A DNA stretch of 64,000 nucleotides from Blasia pusilla (taxonomy: Eukaryota): contig CM114271.1 in the NCBI GenBank assembly GCA_050084515.1, positions 24,242,001 through 24,306,000 of the forward strand. Direction: 5' to 3'. The position numbers were made by a program, and so were the translations under genes. Below are positions 12,878-27,100 of this stretch, one piece after another. Under the pieces are notes generated by a model that worked only from the letters and a program-made list of their open reading frames with translations, was not told the origin of the DNA and ran no database searches. The first letter of the stretch is position 1. Each line of letters opens with the position of its first letter.

Positions 12878-14949
12878 GAGAGGAAGATGGCTTTCCTAAG
12901 CCATCTTTCTCATGTTGGGCTGTTGGAGCACCTCTCTTGTATGTGTGTGAGATAGGACTAGGGTGCTAGCGTCCGGATTCCTTGATAGCACAGGGTGGAC
13001 GAGACTCGATATGTCGATGTGGATTGAGGAGTGGAGTTTTAGGCCGGGTGTGCCATTTTTACTACTCTTTATTTTTACATGAGAAAGATGTCAGGGGGCT
13101 GGTGGAAATTCATTGTTTGTAGGTAGGCAAGCGAGATGCCTCAGTGGGGAGCCCCTGGAGACGCGTGTGTGGCATTTTGGGTGTTGTTTTCTGTTTGGAA
13201 GATTGTGCGTAGGAGTGCTGCTCATTTTTTTCAGAATTTTGGGGTAGTGGATTAGAGTAGAGTAGCATCAGAGTGGCGGACAGGGTGCTCGAGTGTAGCA
13301 CAGAGTGTAGCATTGACGGGAGAACGGCCCATGTCGAGAAAGGAGGGCTTTGCCTTGCAGTCGCCGGGGGGTTGTTAAGTAAAGATGGCTAGCTAGGTCG
13401 CGGCCGGTCTAGGGTTAGGTCACGGGCGAGGGACCGGAGGACCACGGAGTCGGGAGCCAAGGGTCGCGAGGTAGCAAACAGGCAGACGAGATGAGAGAAG
13501 AAGCCGTGTGGCAATAAGGGGGGGCAGCGCACTGGGTCGCGTGCCCACATGCTGATGGTCAAGATCCAGCAGCAAGGCAAAGTATGCCGAAGCCGGGCAG
13601 CTGCATAGGGCAGCGGGCCTGAACGGGGTCCGAAGGAGTTGAGGACGCACAAGGGAATCCACAAGCTAGGGCGCCGGGCTACGGGAGTAGTAGCCGGAAG
13701 CTAAGAGTGTGAAGCTGGGGTTAGGGGCACAACCGCACAGGACTACGTGCCCTCCACGGGCCCCGTAGGCCCAAGGCCGCGGTAGAGAGAGGGTCGCGGG
13801 AGTTGAGGAGCTCCTAAGGTTGAGGAAGGAGGGGGTGGAAGGAGTCATTATGACTCCAAAGATAGAGGAAGAGGCATGGGCAGGTATGCCCGCATAGGGC
13901 TCCGTGCCCTAGAGCCAAGCTGTAGGCGCGCAGGGTTCCGGAAGGAGTGAAGTAGGAAGGTTGTGCCATAGGGACGCGAGCTATCCCAGTCAAGCAGAAG
14001 GACGCAGTTGGGGAGGCCACAGGCCCTGCATTTAGGCCCCTCCCTTGCATTTAAGTCTGGGAAGGAGAAGGAAGGGTCACGGCTCCATAGGGAGCCGCGC
14101 TAGGCAAGTGTAGTAGGGACGGGGTTAGTCGGAGGCAGAAGCCACATCGTGCGTACGTGGACACGGTTGACTCGCATGCGTGGTAGCCAGGATAACTACA
14201 TAGAGATCAGATGTGGTTGGTGGCATACATGGTTGAGCCACTTACTATGTTGAAGTTTGGACGTAGTTGATTCGGGTAACATGGTCTCAGGTCATGGGGT
14301 TGTGAGTCATCACGTGATTTGAGGATACTTTATCGACTAGTGATGAGATTGTGATCCCTGCCGAGAGTGTTTCAACGGAGTGGTAGTGCTGGAGACACAT
14401 GCACTAATGCCGATGGGTAGTCTGCATCTGTTGACACGTAGGATCGACGTGTTGGTCGAGGAGAGTGTCCTGTTGCGGAGGTTGTCATAACACATGGAAG
14501 AGTGCATGTTGAAGATGCGAGTTGGAGGGCGTGATGAGGTTACCCATTCGAGTCCCTTTTCCCGCACTTGTCGTATGTGATTGAGAGTGTTGGGTATCGG
14601 TTAGTAGCTGGTGCTGGGTGGGTGTAGTGATGGTGATGAGTGTAGATTCTGTTCATGTGTAGCATGTTGGTGGATATACGGCGGTTGCCGCGTAGGGGTC
14701 GCATGTATGAACCGAGAGTGTCGCTAGGTTAGGTGAGTCATTTGGGAGGCTCATGGTGAGCCCAAGTGTTGAGTGTGCGTGAGGCCGGGTATGTCATCAC
14801 GGGATTGATGTTAGCATAGGTGAGCTAGTGAGGAGTGTGGGAGACTCTCGATGAGTCTGAGTGCTTGAGTGGATGAGACAGGGTTTTCATCACCGCGTTC
14901 TTCCAGGGTTTGGAAGAATGGGGTAGTGCTAGCAGTGGTAGTGGTGTGA

Positions 14950-17282
14950 CACGGAGTGGAGTGAGATACCGAGGGCTTACCAGTGAGGAGCTACCTCGAC
15001 ATCCATCCGTGGCTGGATCGTCATCACTAGACACTGGGTTTGGTGATGAGATCGCAGATAGAGATAGTAGTACTTGGTAGGAGATGGACAACATGGGCCA
15101 TCGGGGCATGAGTCGTTTCTCGGGTGCAATGGGCACCATCGACTTAGATGATTTTATCCAAGAGTTTGACACGTGGTGCGACTTCCAGGAGATACAGACC
15201 CCGACACGATTCAACCCTTTCATGGCATGGAAGGGGTTGTTCCAACACTTGGAGGGTCCTCCGATGGATGACTACATGGAGTTTTGATCACTATATTCAG
15301 TAGAGATCAATGCTTGGAGGATGTATTGGGCTCTAGGGTATGTGTCCACTAGTGGTCGCGAGGCATATGATGGGATTGTGAGAGGAAAGAGACCCACACC
15401 ATCATCCCGACGACTAGATGGAGAGAAGAGCAGTGAGACATGCGATGTGGCAAAGACCTCTAGTGGTAGAAGGCCACCCAGCTTCAGCCCCACAGTGGAG
15501 TTCTTCCGACAGTTGGGGAAGAGCTACCACGGCGTACCCACCGACAAGCTGAAGAGTCTACAGTATTTTCAGCAATGATCAGGTGAGAGTCTGAGAGAGG
15601 CATTCACACGCATGAGGAGGCTGATCATTGCTACGTATGGAGTGATCGAGGCGCGGTCGATCGACCCAAAAGATTGGTCTGACGGGTTACGGACCAAGAA
15701 CTCTGAGAGGAGAGTCCGAGATGCTATGCTGATTCACACAGCGAAGCCCACATTGAAGGTGGTCTTTGAGTTGTATGAGCGTATTGAGCTCAACATGAGT
15801 GAGGAGCAGGTAGTGACCGCTAGATTTTCTCGAGAGTCGACGGGTCCACGAGCGACGGTGATCCCACAGGTGCCATAGCAAGCACCAGTACCACGGGAGC
15901 GGGCCGGTGTGCCTAGAGAGCAGGGCGGATACCGTGAGCCTATGAGGCAACGACCCGTACCTACATATGTTGCCCAGCAGGGACCGATGTGGTCTTGTCG
16001 GACGTGTGGAGGGGCCCATAGGCAGAGAGACTGCCCACAGCATGGGAGAGGACCACCAATGCCTCCGATTGCTCAGGAGCCATAGAGGATGGCCCCACCA
16101 CATCACCAGTGTGAATATTGCCACAGATATGGTCACACTAGGGATAGATGTTTTGACCTTCGCCGAGGGGCACGTCCGAAGGTAGGCCGAGGGCCTGGGG
16201 GTGGTCGTCTTGGAGGAGGTCGGGTAGTCCTTCCTGGACGTGGTGGTAGAGGACCACCACTAGCCACAAGAGATGGAACAGGAGCACTAGAGCTGGCACT
16301 TCTCTCACGCAGCGATCAGTTGGAGCAGAGGATTGTTGCCATGACGATGATGCAGCTTAGGGAAGGCACGGAGCTGCGAGCAGCTAGTGTGACTCCACCT
16401 TCTACCTCTTACCCTGGCCTAGGTGAGGATATCGCCAGTATGGGGTTTATGTGTAGTGTATCCCAGGTTGAGGTAGCTGCAGTGGTGACTCGGGGCGCTG
16501 CGAGAGGCACCGAGCTACCGAGAGGTGGAGTTGAGATTGACCCACCAGAGGGGACCAATGGGTGGCAAGCCAGGGTTCCACAGTCATTCACATTGTCGGA
16601 GGCACTACACACACCATCGATGGTGCCTCGACGACCAACGGTGCCTACAACTCAGGAACCTACATCGACGTCACGAGGAGTTGGAGTGACAACTCCTATG
16701 CCGGCTCGAGCGGAGTCAGTGTCGACCATAGTGTTGGAGGTGGCCACCAGAGTGAGTCAGACTCCACTATTTTCTGCCATAGAGTTGGCGATGTTGGGAG
16801 TTGGACCAAATGAGGTGTTCCGGCTGGCCGCCATGTTGTGTGAGCGTGGAGAGATGACTGCTTCTTGTTCAGAGGTAGTTGAGGAGGTGGTGGACTTGCC
16901 CTCAGAGCCGGTGCTCGGGACGTTCCCCACAGAGTCATGGCATGTGGCGGTGGCAAAGTTGGTAGATATGCCAGCTCGACCGGCCATAGAGCGAGCAGTG
17001 GTGACACATGGAATAGTGTAACTGGATAACCGAGCTGGAGTATTTTCTTGGTTAGTCTGATGAGGATAGTATACCACCCGCAGCACGTCCTTCTTGATTC
17101 GGGAGCGCAACCCTTGATGTTAGGGAAGGCGGCGTGTTTAGCGTTGGGGTTACGGAAGGTTGATATTGAGCCTTGTCCCTTCCAGATACAGACCTTGATT
17201 GGGGGCGTGTCACCCACGAAGTATATGGCTCGACATGAGATAGTTTCAGAGTCCAACCAGAGCATGAGACGGATAGTGCTAT
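14950..17282 (+). pseudogene. gag: A1 gag (two CCHC knuckles, RGG-rich tract) and aspartic protease, disrupted
   Basis: ORFs 15084-15287, 15612-15878 and 16089-17021. Knuckles CRTCGGAHRQRDC and CEYCHRYGHTRDRC; protease VLLDSGAQPL at ~17088. Confidence 0.85.
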
Positions 17283-18284
17283 TGTCGCGACCCTCATGAC
17301 CAAACAAGTGCCAAGCGGAACATCGGAACATTAGCGGGCTCACGCTAAGATGGTTTGCGCGTTGGAGTTGTCTCAAAGAGGAGACAAGATACGAGACGTG
17401 AACGAGGAGTCGCGTTTCAGGTGTTATGGTCATGACTGAGAAACCTGGACCAAACGAGGAATGAGACTTGAAAGAAGTCGAGTCTAGGAAGTGGGTTGCC
17501 AAAGGAAGATCCGGATTTGGAACGCCACTAGCGTTTGAGAGTTTCCGACTGTATTTATGGCCATAACTTTTAGCGCCAAGATGCATTTGGAGTAAATAAG
17601 GGTGCGTTGGAAAGCTTATGGAGAGCCGGTCCAAACGCACCAAAGATCGCTGCAAACGCATAAGCAGAGGCCGAGATACGACCCAAAAACGACTGTAAGT
17701 GGAGGCGGGTTGAGGGCCACAATGAAGGGCCCGACCCTCTTTTCCCAAAGGGGAGGGGTTATTGGAGAACCCCAGAAGTACTAGTAAGGGGGAAGGTCTC
17801 CGAGAGGGCTTGGAACCCAAACCCCACTTTGGGCGCCGCGGGGCGGCTCAAGGGCATGGAACGGAACGCGAGTTTGGGTGTTGGGTTGGAAAACCCGCAC
17901 CAAGTCCATTGAGGCGATTTTAGACGTCCCTCTTGGATTTCACGCTGCGACTCAATTACTTGGGTCTCGGTTCGGAACTCACACGAGGACCGTTGAACAA
18001 TTGGGATTGCTAGGCGTGCAAGTGCCGTTTCAGATCCCTGGACTAACCAGGAAGTCTGTTCCAAGTCTTGAAGGACTTGCCATGTTTTGGAAGCTAGGAA
18101 CTAAGAAAGGTTGAGCTTGATGAGACGCCGAGTCGAGGACTCGGTGGGTTAGAACGCCGGTTGGCCCAGAACCGACTAACGAGAGTGCGTGTTTGGATGC
18201 AGATCGGTGATGAGTTCGTGACTCCTCGAACGCACGCGCTTCGCAACACTAAAGATTGACGTTCAACGAGAGTAGGGCGCGACA
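17283..18284 (+). repeat. 5' LTR of chromovirus B1 (~1 kb)
   Basis: TGTCGCG...CGCGACA ends, followed by a PBS. Inverted homolog at 27981-28981. Confidence 0.92.
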
Positions 18285-18286
18285 AG

Positions 18287-18297
18287 TGGTATCGAGC
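18287..18297 (+). other. Primer-binding site (tRNA-iMet), B1
   Basis: TGGTATC-GAGC 2 nt after the LTR (canonical TGGTATCAGAGC with 1 nt missing). Confidence 0.85.
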
Positions 18298-18433
18298 TAA
18301 TCCTTGGTGGCGAGAACTTGGGGTCGTGGGATCAGCCGGACGCTTGGGAAATTTCAAGGTAGCGGCTAGACTCGGGCGCTTTCGAGGAGGGACGCAAGAA
18401 ACGAGGAGGAGATCTGAGTGAGTTGACTTGGAA

Positions 18434-21400
18434 ATGGCGATCGAGGGAGAACAACCCAAGAAGCGCCAAATCAAGCGGCGAGAACCAAGAGAGGAACCAA
18501 TGCCGGACCGTGAAGCTATGGTGGAGACGGAGACACCCGAAGAAGAGTGAACGCCATTCGTGAGGCGTTCGAAGCGCAACTCCTTCGCGGGGCGGTGGAC
18601 CCAAACTCGGGAAAGGGCGGAGTCGAGCCAGGCGTTGGACTTGTTGAAGGTGTTGGTGGAGCAGATGTCCCAAAGCAAAGCAAGCGGATTGCGAGTTAGA
18701 GGCCACTCGAAACCGGGTGGGGGCAAAAGCTGCAAGGCAACCGCCACGCCATTCATGGGAGTGGGGTGCTCATGAAAGTGAAGGATTTTTACGGAATCGA
18801 ATCTGATTTTCGAGCGCGCAGAGGGTCGCGAAAGCGAGGACAAGGTGACGGTAGTCGTTACTTTCTGAAGGATCATGCTCTACAATGGTGGACAGCTCAA
18901 CGAGAGGAATATCTGGGCGGCGAGTCACCTCTGAGTTGGGAGGAGTTCAAGGAGTTCAAGGAGGTGATTGGGGATCGGTTCACTCCGGAGTACCAAGGGT
19001 TGCGCGACACGGTGGAATGCGTGCGGATGCGGCAGAGTGGTTCCTTAAGCGCGTATGTGAGGGAGTTTAGTGCGAAACTGACTTCTAGTCCGAAGATGGA
19101 TGAGCACGCAAAGAAGGCTATCTTCATTAGCGGACTCAAGCCGAGCGCTGAGAAGGCCCTTTACCGAATGCCGATGTTACCAGAGACCTACGCGGATCTC
19201 CTGAGGCTAGCGGAGCGGATTGGGGACGATGAGGTCCAAACCCAAAAACCCTTTGAGTCAAATTTTTTTTCAAAGAAGTCGAAAAATAAGGAGGCGTTCA
19301 AAAGAGGCTGGAGTGGGGGTCAGCACAAACTAGGAGAGTCGTCTGCCCTGGCAGCAAAACGAGTGGAACTTCATGCGAAGCCGAAAGGAGGACAACACTC
19401 AAAGACAGGAAACGGCAAGGTCGTATGCTACAACTGTGGCGAACCGGGGCACCTGTCGAAAGGGTGTTGGAAACCGAAGGTTAGTAATGGGAGTATGATT
19501 GCGTTTGCTGCTAAACATCTGTTGGCGGGCGATATCGAGACGTCCCTTCAAGTCACCAAGAGGACGCACAATTTGGTGTACCTAAGATTCAAGATTGCTG
19601 GTCGCGATGTGTTGTTGCTCGTGGATACAGGTGCTTCGCACTCCTTCCTAAGCCCAAGAATCGTGAAGGAACTGGGGCTGTCTACCTCTAAGGCGGACGA
19701 GCCCATTCGAGTGGGATTTGCAGGAGGCAAGTCTCATCGGACTTCTGATTTGGTCTTGGGTTTGACAGTAGGATGCGGGGTATTCGAGTTGTAGGAGAAT
19801 TTCAATGTATGCGAAATGGACGGCATTGACGGAGTTTTGGGGAATACATTCCTAGATGCGTATGAGGTGGAGTTAAGATGTAGACCATTGAGGTTGAGCG
19901 TCTTGCTAAAAGGCAAACGATTCTGAGTGCGGTTGGTCCGTGAGGTTCAGCGAAATGGAGTTGGTGAACTCGATCACAAGGAGGAGCATGGCGAGTTGGA
20001 GGATGGATTTCTCTGCTTGATGAGACAAGTGGAGGAGGCTACAAGCGATATGCAGAGATCATGACACCGCTTCAAGGGAGTCCCAGAACCACTCGGAAGT
20101 GGTCAAGGAGTTTGAGGATGTCTTGACAAATGAGCTTCGATTGAATTTCCGCCGCAGAGAGCCGTAGATCATAAGATAGAGATCATACCGGTTCCCAACC
20201 GCCTTCAAAAGCACCATATAGGTTGAATCGGGAGGAACTTCTTGAGTTGAAAAAGCGATTAAGTGAGCTCTTGGAAAAGGGTTACATTAGGACTAGCAAG
20301 TCACCTTATGGAGCACTGTTCTCTTTGTAAAGAAGAAGGATGGAAAGATGAGGTGTGTGTTGATTACCGTGCCTTGAACAAAGTGACGGTTCGAACAATT
20401 ATCCTCTTCCGAGGATAGATGATCTCTTTGATAGTGGCGGCAGCGCAAGATATTTCAGTAGGATTGACTTGAAGTCGAGGATATTGATTCGGATTGCCGA
20501 GGCGGATGTGGAGAAGATTGCGTGCGTGGGGCGAGATACGGTTCCTTTGAGTTTGTAGTGATGCCTTTCGGTCTATGTAACGCGCCTCCAACGTTCACCA
20601 CATTGATGAACTCCATTTTTCACAAGGAAATGGATGAGTATGTTATCATCTATATCGATGACATACTTATCTATTCGAAGTCACTAGAGGAGCACGTTCG
20701 ACATGTGAGAGCGGTCTTGTCTAAGATAAGGGCAAATCAGTTGTATGCGAATGTAGAGAAGAGCGAATTAGGTTTGAGTAAGATCAAATTCTTGGGTCAC
20801 GTGGTCAGTGCAGATGGTGTCAGTCCAGACATGGAAAAGGTAAAGGCGATTTCCGAGTGGGAACCCCCATCCATTGTAAAGGGGATGAGGAGGTTCATAG
20901 GTGCGGTGCAATTTTATCGTACTTATGTGAAAAACTTTTGGGAATTGTGAGACCTCTCACGGATTGGACAACAAAGTTTGCCAACATGACTTGGACCCAG
21001 GAAGTTAATGAGGCATTCAACCGAGTGAAGCAGATTCTATCGTAGGAACCAGTGTTAAAGCTGCCGGAGTTTGACAAACCGTTCGAAGTGCATACCGATG
21101 CTAGTGATTTCGCGGTTGCAGGAATGCAAGAAGGGAGACCGGTGGCATATGAGAGCAAGAAGCTTAGCGACACTGAAAGGAGATGGCCTACTCACGAGAA
21201 AGAGTTGTTCGCGGTGGTACATTGCTTGAGGAAGTGGCGGCATTATCTAGGGCTCCACAGGACTCGAGTATTCACCGATAATATATCACTCAAGTATTTT
21301 GAGACCCAGGATCGAGTGACACCGAAACAACTGCGGTGGCATGATACCTTGGCGCTAATGGATGTTGAGTTGATTCATAAGCCAGGTAAAGATAATGTGA

Positions 21401-23190
21401 TTCCAAATGCGTTAAGTCGCAAGGAGGAACACATGTCGTCGACGACACAGGTCTTGAGAGCAATGTCCCCTAAGGAAACAGATCTGGAAAGAAGGATTCG
21501 TGAAGGATATATGAAGGATGCTCAAGCGAGGGAATACGAGGAAGTTGAAGCGGGGTGAGAAGGTGGCCAACATAAGTTTGAGGCACGGTCTACTAAGGTT
21601 CAAACAGTAGGATCTATGTAGGGCGAGGCGGGATGCGAACCAAGGTGTTAGCGGAATGTCACGACGGACCCTTGGCGAGGACATAAAGGAGAGAAATCTA
21701 TGCTATTTGTTATGTAAAGCGGTTCTTTTGGCCCAACATGAAAGAGGATGTTGCTCAATATGTGAAGACTGTGTGACCTGCCAAGCAAATAGAGTCTCTT
21801 ATGGTAAGCAGGGCTTTTTGCATCCCTTGCCGATCCCGAAGGACCCTTGCAAAGTGTGAGTATGGATTTCATCACGAGTCTTCGGAATCTGAGGGATACA
21901 ACGCTATACTTGTGATTGTTGATCGGTTTAGCAAGTTGGCGAGATTCGTGCGCGACGGTGGATTCAGAACGGCGTATCTGACAGCGCAACTATTCCTCGA
22001 TAGCTGGTGGCGTGCTCATGGTTTGCCGAGGAGCATTGTTTCAGATCGGGATCAAAGTTTATCGGTGCATTCAGGAAGCACTTGTTGAGAAGGTTTAAGA
22101 CCAAGCTGAGTTTGATGACGGCTTTCCACCTGACGGATGGATGGCCGGCCTGGCGGATGTCTCTTCCCATGTTGGCAAGACCTCTTCATTCGAGAGCTAC
22201 AGAGGAATGCCGACAACCTCGTAAGTCATCTTTTATCCCGGAGCAGCGAGAGTCATCGGGCGTGAATCGATGGATACCACACCCGTTGTGTGGGAATTAG
22301 GGTGTTCGGGTGTTAGATCTCTTTGGAGGATTAGCACGATTGGATTGGGTGCATCAAGTACCTTTATGTGGAGAGAGTGGGCGACGAGTATCATTATGTC
22401 ATGGCAAGATTGGGAGGTATCTGAGTTGTTGCGGTATCAACCTGATGTACACTCGTCATCCAAGCAACTAACCTATCAAATAAGCGGTGAGCATGGCGGA
22501 ATCTTTGCGCTTCGACAACTCGAATTTGCGAATCGGAGAATCTCCGTTTCTCCTGGCAAATGGACGAGAGCCATAAGGGCCTCTTGATCTAGCCCTTCGA
22601 AGGGTACTACATTGGCACGAACCACGACAAGCAACGGCGAAGGTTTGTTGGTAGAGATGCGAGAACGGAAAGAGCGCGCGAGGCGAAGTCTTGCAAAGGC
22701 TCAAATGAGGTACGTTAAGCATGCTAACAAGAGTCGGCGCCAAGTACGATTCCAAGTTGGAGAACAAGTGTGGTTGAGTGTAAAGAATCTCACTCTTCCG
22801 AAAGAGTTGTCTGCGAAGGTATGCCCGCCAAGTATCTTTGGACCCTATGTGGTTGTGGCAAACCCGTTTGAGGATGTGTATACGTTGAGTCTGCCGGACG
22901 AGTTCAAGATTCACCCGACCTTTCATGTGTCATTGTTGAAGAAATATCTTCAAGATAATGGACGTTCGAACGGAGACAGTGGTGAGACCGCACCGGTCAT
23001 CGTAAATGAAGAGCCGGAGTTTGAGGTGGAGACCATCTTACGTTCGGCGTCGGGCCAACAAGTATGAATACTTGGTAAAATGGAAGGCTACCATGTGAAG
23101 GAGGCGACTTGGATTATGGAGGCGGATTTGGAACACGCGCAAGAGTTGTTGCGTGACTTCAAGCGAACACAAGCGAAGCACATACGTTAG
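18434..23190 (+). pseudogene. pol: B1 chromovirus (Ty3/Gypsy) gag-pol with chromodomain; many frameshifts, no 3' LTR
   Basis: [68 protein letters not shown]; chromodomain EFEVETIL..EYLVKW..EATW at ~23015-23160. Confidence 0.92.
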
Positions 23191-23199
23191 TACGAGGAG

Positions 23200-23711
23200 A
23201 AGCTAGAGACATGACTTGTAATCAGTGGAATCTTGGGCCGAAGGCCGTTGTAACTAGAATATGTTAGTGTTGCAATAAAGGAGTGTATGGATTTGGAGAT
23301 TCGATACCAGTGTTGATTGCAATTTGTATGTGGTTGTGCATGGCTATGAGTCGTTCATCATAGACTTAGAATGTACGACAAGAGGACATACAAGGAGTAT
23401 TTGAGGTGAGAGCTCGTATGTGGATAAGCACCTAGAACAGGACCTTATGTTGGATTACACTCGGGCTCGCCCTAGCGTCGACGGGGCAGATGAAGTCTGT
23501 CTTGGGGCTTGGGGTGATCTTACTTGTGGCCACATAAGTAAACTTAGTGACGCGCCTAAGTCGAATACGAGAGCGACCCAATAGTAGTACGATTTGTGGA
23601 CCAGGTAAACAGGTGTGATGTTTACAGTAATGAGTCGAAAGAGTCTAAGGTTGCACACTTAGTTAGCTTATTTGATAGGTTAGTTGCACGTGTGATGACG
23701 AGTGTACATCA
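23200..23711. mobile_element. Unidentified non-coding, LTR-like fragment abutting the inverted DNMT piece
   Basis: Sharp boundary ...GTGTACATCA|ggttgatacc cuts the DNMT frame at YPELLPVST. No second copy or other end found. Confidence 0.35.
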
Positions 23712-24108
23712 GGTTGATACCGGCAACAACTCAGGATACCTCTGGACCAATCTTGCCACGTGACATAATGATACTCGTCGCGCGGTCTCATCTCTCTCTA
23801 CATAAAGGTACTGATGCACCCGTATGCCTGCCTGCAATAGTGCAGCCAATCCGGTGCTAATCCCTCCAAAGAGATCTAACACCCGAACACCCTCCTCTAG
23901 GCACTGCCACACAACGGGTGTGGTATCCACTGGCGTCAATGTCTCCACTCCAAAGCCCGATCGCCATGTGACTCTCGCTGTTCCGGGATAAAAGCATGAC
24001 TCCACGCCTGCCTCACGAGGTTGTCGGCATTCCTCTGTAGCTCTCGAGTCGTACCCCACAATGATGAAGAGGTCTTGCCAACATGGGAAGAGACATCCGC
24101 CATGGCCT
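23712..24108 (-). pseudogene. Inverted N-terminal part of a family-A DNMT3-like domain (motifs I-II), probably from A1
   Basis: ORF 23709-24059: DTTPVVWQCLEEGVRVLDLFGGISTGLAALLQAGIRVHQYLYVERDETARR..YPELLP. This falls within the part missing from A1 between 17282 and 28982. Confidence 0.85.
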
Positions 24109-27100
24109 GTCCATCCGTCTGTGGGTGGAAAGCCGTACTGAAACTCAGCTTGGTCTTAAACCTTCTCAACAAGTGCTTCCAGAAAGCACTGGTAAACTTT
24201 GGATCCCGATCTGAAACAATGCTCCTCGGCAAACCATGAGCACGCCACCAGCTATCCAGAAATAGTTGCGCCATCGTATACGCCATTGCGGAATCCACCG
24301 TCGGCACGAATCGCGCCAACTTGCTAAACCGATCAACAATCACAAGTATAGCGTTGTATCCCTCAGATTCCGGAAGACTCGTGATGAAATCCATACTCAC
24401 ACTTTGCAAGGGTCCTTCTGGGATCGGCAAGGGATGCAGCAAGCCCTGTTTCTTATCATAAGAGACTCTATTTGCTTGGCAGGTCACATAGGTCTTCACA
24501 TATTGAGCAACATCCTCTTTCATGTTGGGCCAAAAGAACCGCTTTGACAAAACAGCTAGCGTAGATTTCTCTCCTTTATGTCCTGCCAAGGGCCCGTCGT
24601 GACATTCCGCTAACACCTTGGTTCGCATCCGCCGCCGCCTACATAGATCCTACTGTTTGAACCTTAGTAGACCGTGCCTCAAACTTATGTTGGCCACCTT
24701 CTCACCCTACTTCAACTTCCTCGGGTATTCCCTGCTTGAGCATCCTTCATATATCCTTCACGAATCCTTCTTTCCAGATTTGTTTCCTTAGGGGACATTG
24801 CTCTCAAGAGACTGTCGTTTCGGCGACATGTGTTCCTCCTTGCGACTTAACGATATGGAATCACATTATCTTTACCGGCTTATGAATCAACTCAATATCC
24901 ATCAGCGCTTAAGGTATCATGCCACCGCAATTGTTTGGTGTCACTCGATCCTGGTCTCAAAATACTTGAGTGATATATTATCGGTGAATACTCGAGTCTG
25001 TGGAGCCCTAGATAATGCCGCCACTTCCTCAAGCAATGTACCACCGCGAACAACTCTTTCTCGTGAGTAGGCCATCTCCTTTCAGTATCGCTAAGCTTCT
25101 TGCTCTCATATGCCACCGGTCTCCTTCTTGCACCAACATTCCGCAACCGCGAAATCACTAGCATCGGTATGCACTTGAACGGTTTGTCAAACTCCGGCAG
25201 CTTTAACTTGGTTCTGCGATAGAATCGGCTTCACTCGGTTGAATGCCTCATTAACTTCCTGGGTCCAAGTCGTGTTGGCAAACTTTGTTGTCCAATCCGT
25301 GAGAGGTCTCACATTCCGAAAAGTTTTTCACATAAGTACGATAAAATTGCACCGCACCTATGAACCTCCTCATCCCTTTACAATGGATGGGGTCCCCTTT
25401 CTGAAATCGCCTTTACCTTTTCCATGTCCGGATCGACGCCATCTGCCTTGACCGACCACGTGACCCAAGAATTTGATCTTACTCAAACCTAATTCGCTCT
25501 TCTCTACATTCGATACTGGTGATTTGCCCTTATCTTAGACAAGACCGCTCTCACATGTCGAACGTGCTCCTCTAGTGACTTGAATAGATAAGTATGTCAT
25601 CGATATAGATGATAACATACTCATCCATTTCCTTGTGAAAAATGGAGTTCATCAATGTGGTGAACGTTGGGGCGCGTTACATAGATCGAAAGGCATCACT
25701 ACAAACTCAAAGGAACCGTATCTCGTCCGCACGCAATCTTCTCCACATCCGCCTCGGCAATCCGACTGGTAATATCCCGACTTCAAGTCAATCCTACTGA
25801 AATATCTTGCGCCTACCGCCTATCAAAGAGATCATCTATCCTCGGAAGAGGATAATTGTTCGAACCGTCACTTTGTTCGGTGCACGGTAATCAACACACA
25901 ACCTCATCTTTCCATCCTTCTTCTTTACAAAGAGAACAGGTGCTCCATAAGGTGACTTGCTAGTCCTAATGTAACCCTTTTCCAAGAGCTCACTTAACTG
26001 CTTTTTCAACTCAAGAAGTTCCTCCTGATTCAACCTATATGGTGCTTTTGAAGGCGGTTGGGAACCGGGTATGATCTCTATCTTATGATCTACGGCTCTA
26101 TGCGGCGGAAATTCAATCGGAAGCTCATTTGTCAAGACATCCTCAAACTCCTTGACCACTTCCTGGAGTGGTTCTGGGACTCCCCTTGAAGCAGTGTCAT
26201 GATCTCTGCGTATACTGCTTGTAGCCTCCTCCACTTGTCTCATCAAGCAGAGAAATCCATCCTCCAACTCAGTCATGCTCCTCCTTGTGATCGAGTTCAC
26301 CAACTCCATTTTCGCTGGAACCTCACGGACCAACCGCACCTGTAACCGTTTGCCTTTTAGCAAGACGCTCAACCTCAAGGGTCTACATCTTAACTCCACC
26401 TCGTACGCATCTAGGAATGTATTCCCCAAGACTCCGTCAATGCCATCCATTTCGCACACCGTGAAATTCTCCTTCAACTCGAATACCCCGCATCCTACTG
26501 TCAAACCCAAGACCAAATCAGAAGTCCGATGAGACTTGCCTCGTGCAAATCCCACTCGAATGGGCTCGTCCGCCTTAGAGGTAGACAGCCCCAGTTCCTT
26601 CACGATTCTTGGGCTTAGGAAGGAGTGCGAAGCACCTGTATCCACGAGCAACAACACATCGCGACCAGCAATCTTGAATCTTAGGTACACCAAATTGTGC
26701 GTCCTCTTGGTGACTTGAAGGGACGTCTTGAGATCGCCCGCCAACAGATGTTTAGCAGCAAACGCAATCATACTCCCATTACTAACCTTCGGTTTCGAAC
26801 ACCCTTTTGACAGGTGCCCAGGTTCGCCACAGTTGTAGCATACAACCTTGCCGTTTCCTGACTTTGAGTGTTGTCCTCCTTTTGGTTTTGCATGAAGTTC
26901 CACTCGTTTTCTTTGCAGCCGGGCGACTCTCTAGTTCGTGCTGGCCCCCACTCCAGCCTCTTTTGAACGCCTCCTTATTTTTCGACTTCTTTGAAAAAAA
27001 ATTTGACTCGAAGGGTTTCTGGGTTTGGACCTCATCGTCCCCAATCCGCTCCGCTAGCCTCAGGAGATCCGCGTAGGTCTCTGGTAACATCGGCATTCGG

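Noticed and set aside
16696-18114. 374-aa minus-strand ORF and other ORFs in the B LTR
   Set aside because: It crosses the A1/B1 insertion junction, is antisense to A1 gag-PR, and has no domain signal.
26782-26920. Programmed gag-pol frameshift in B2
   Set aside because: The same region is one continuous frame in B1 (18766-19794), so this is an indel or sequence error.
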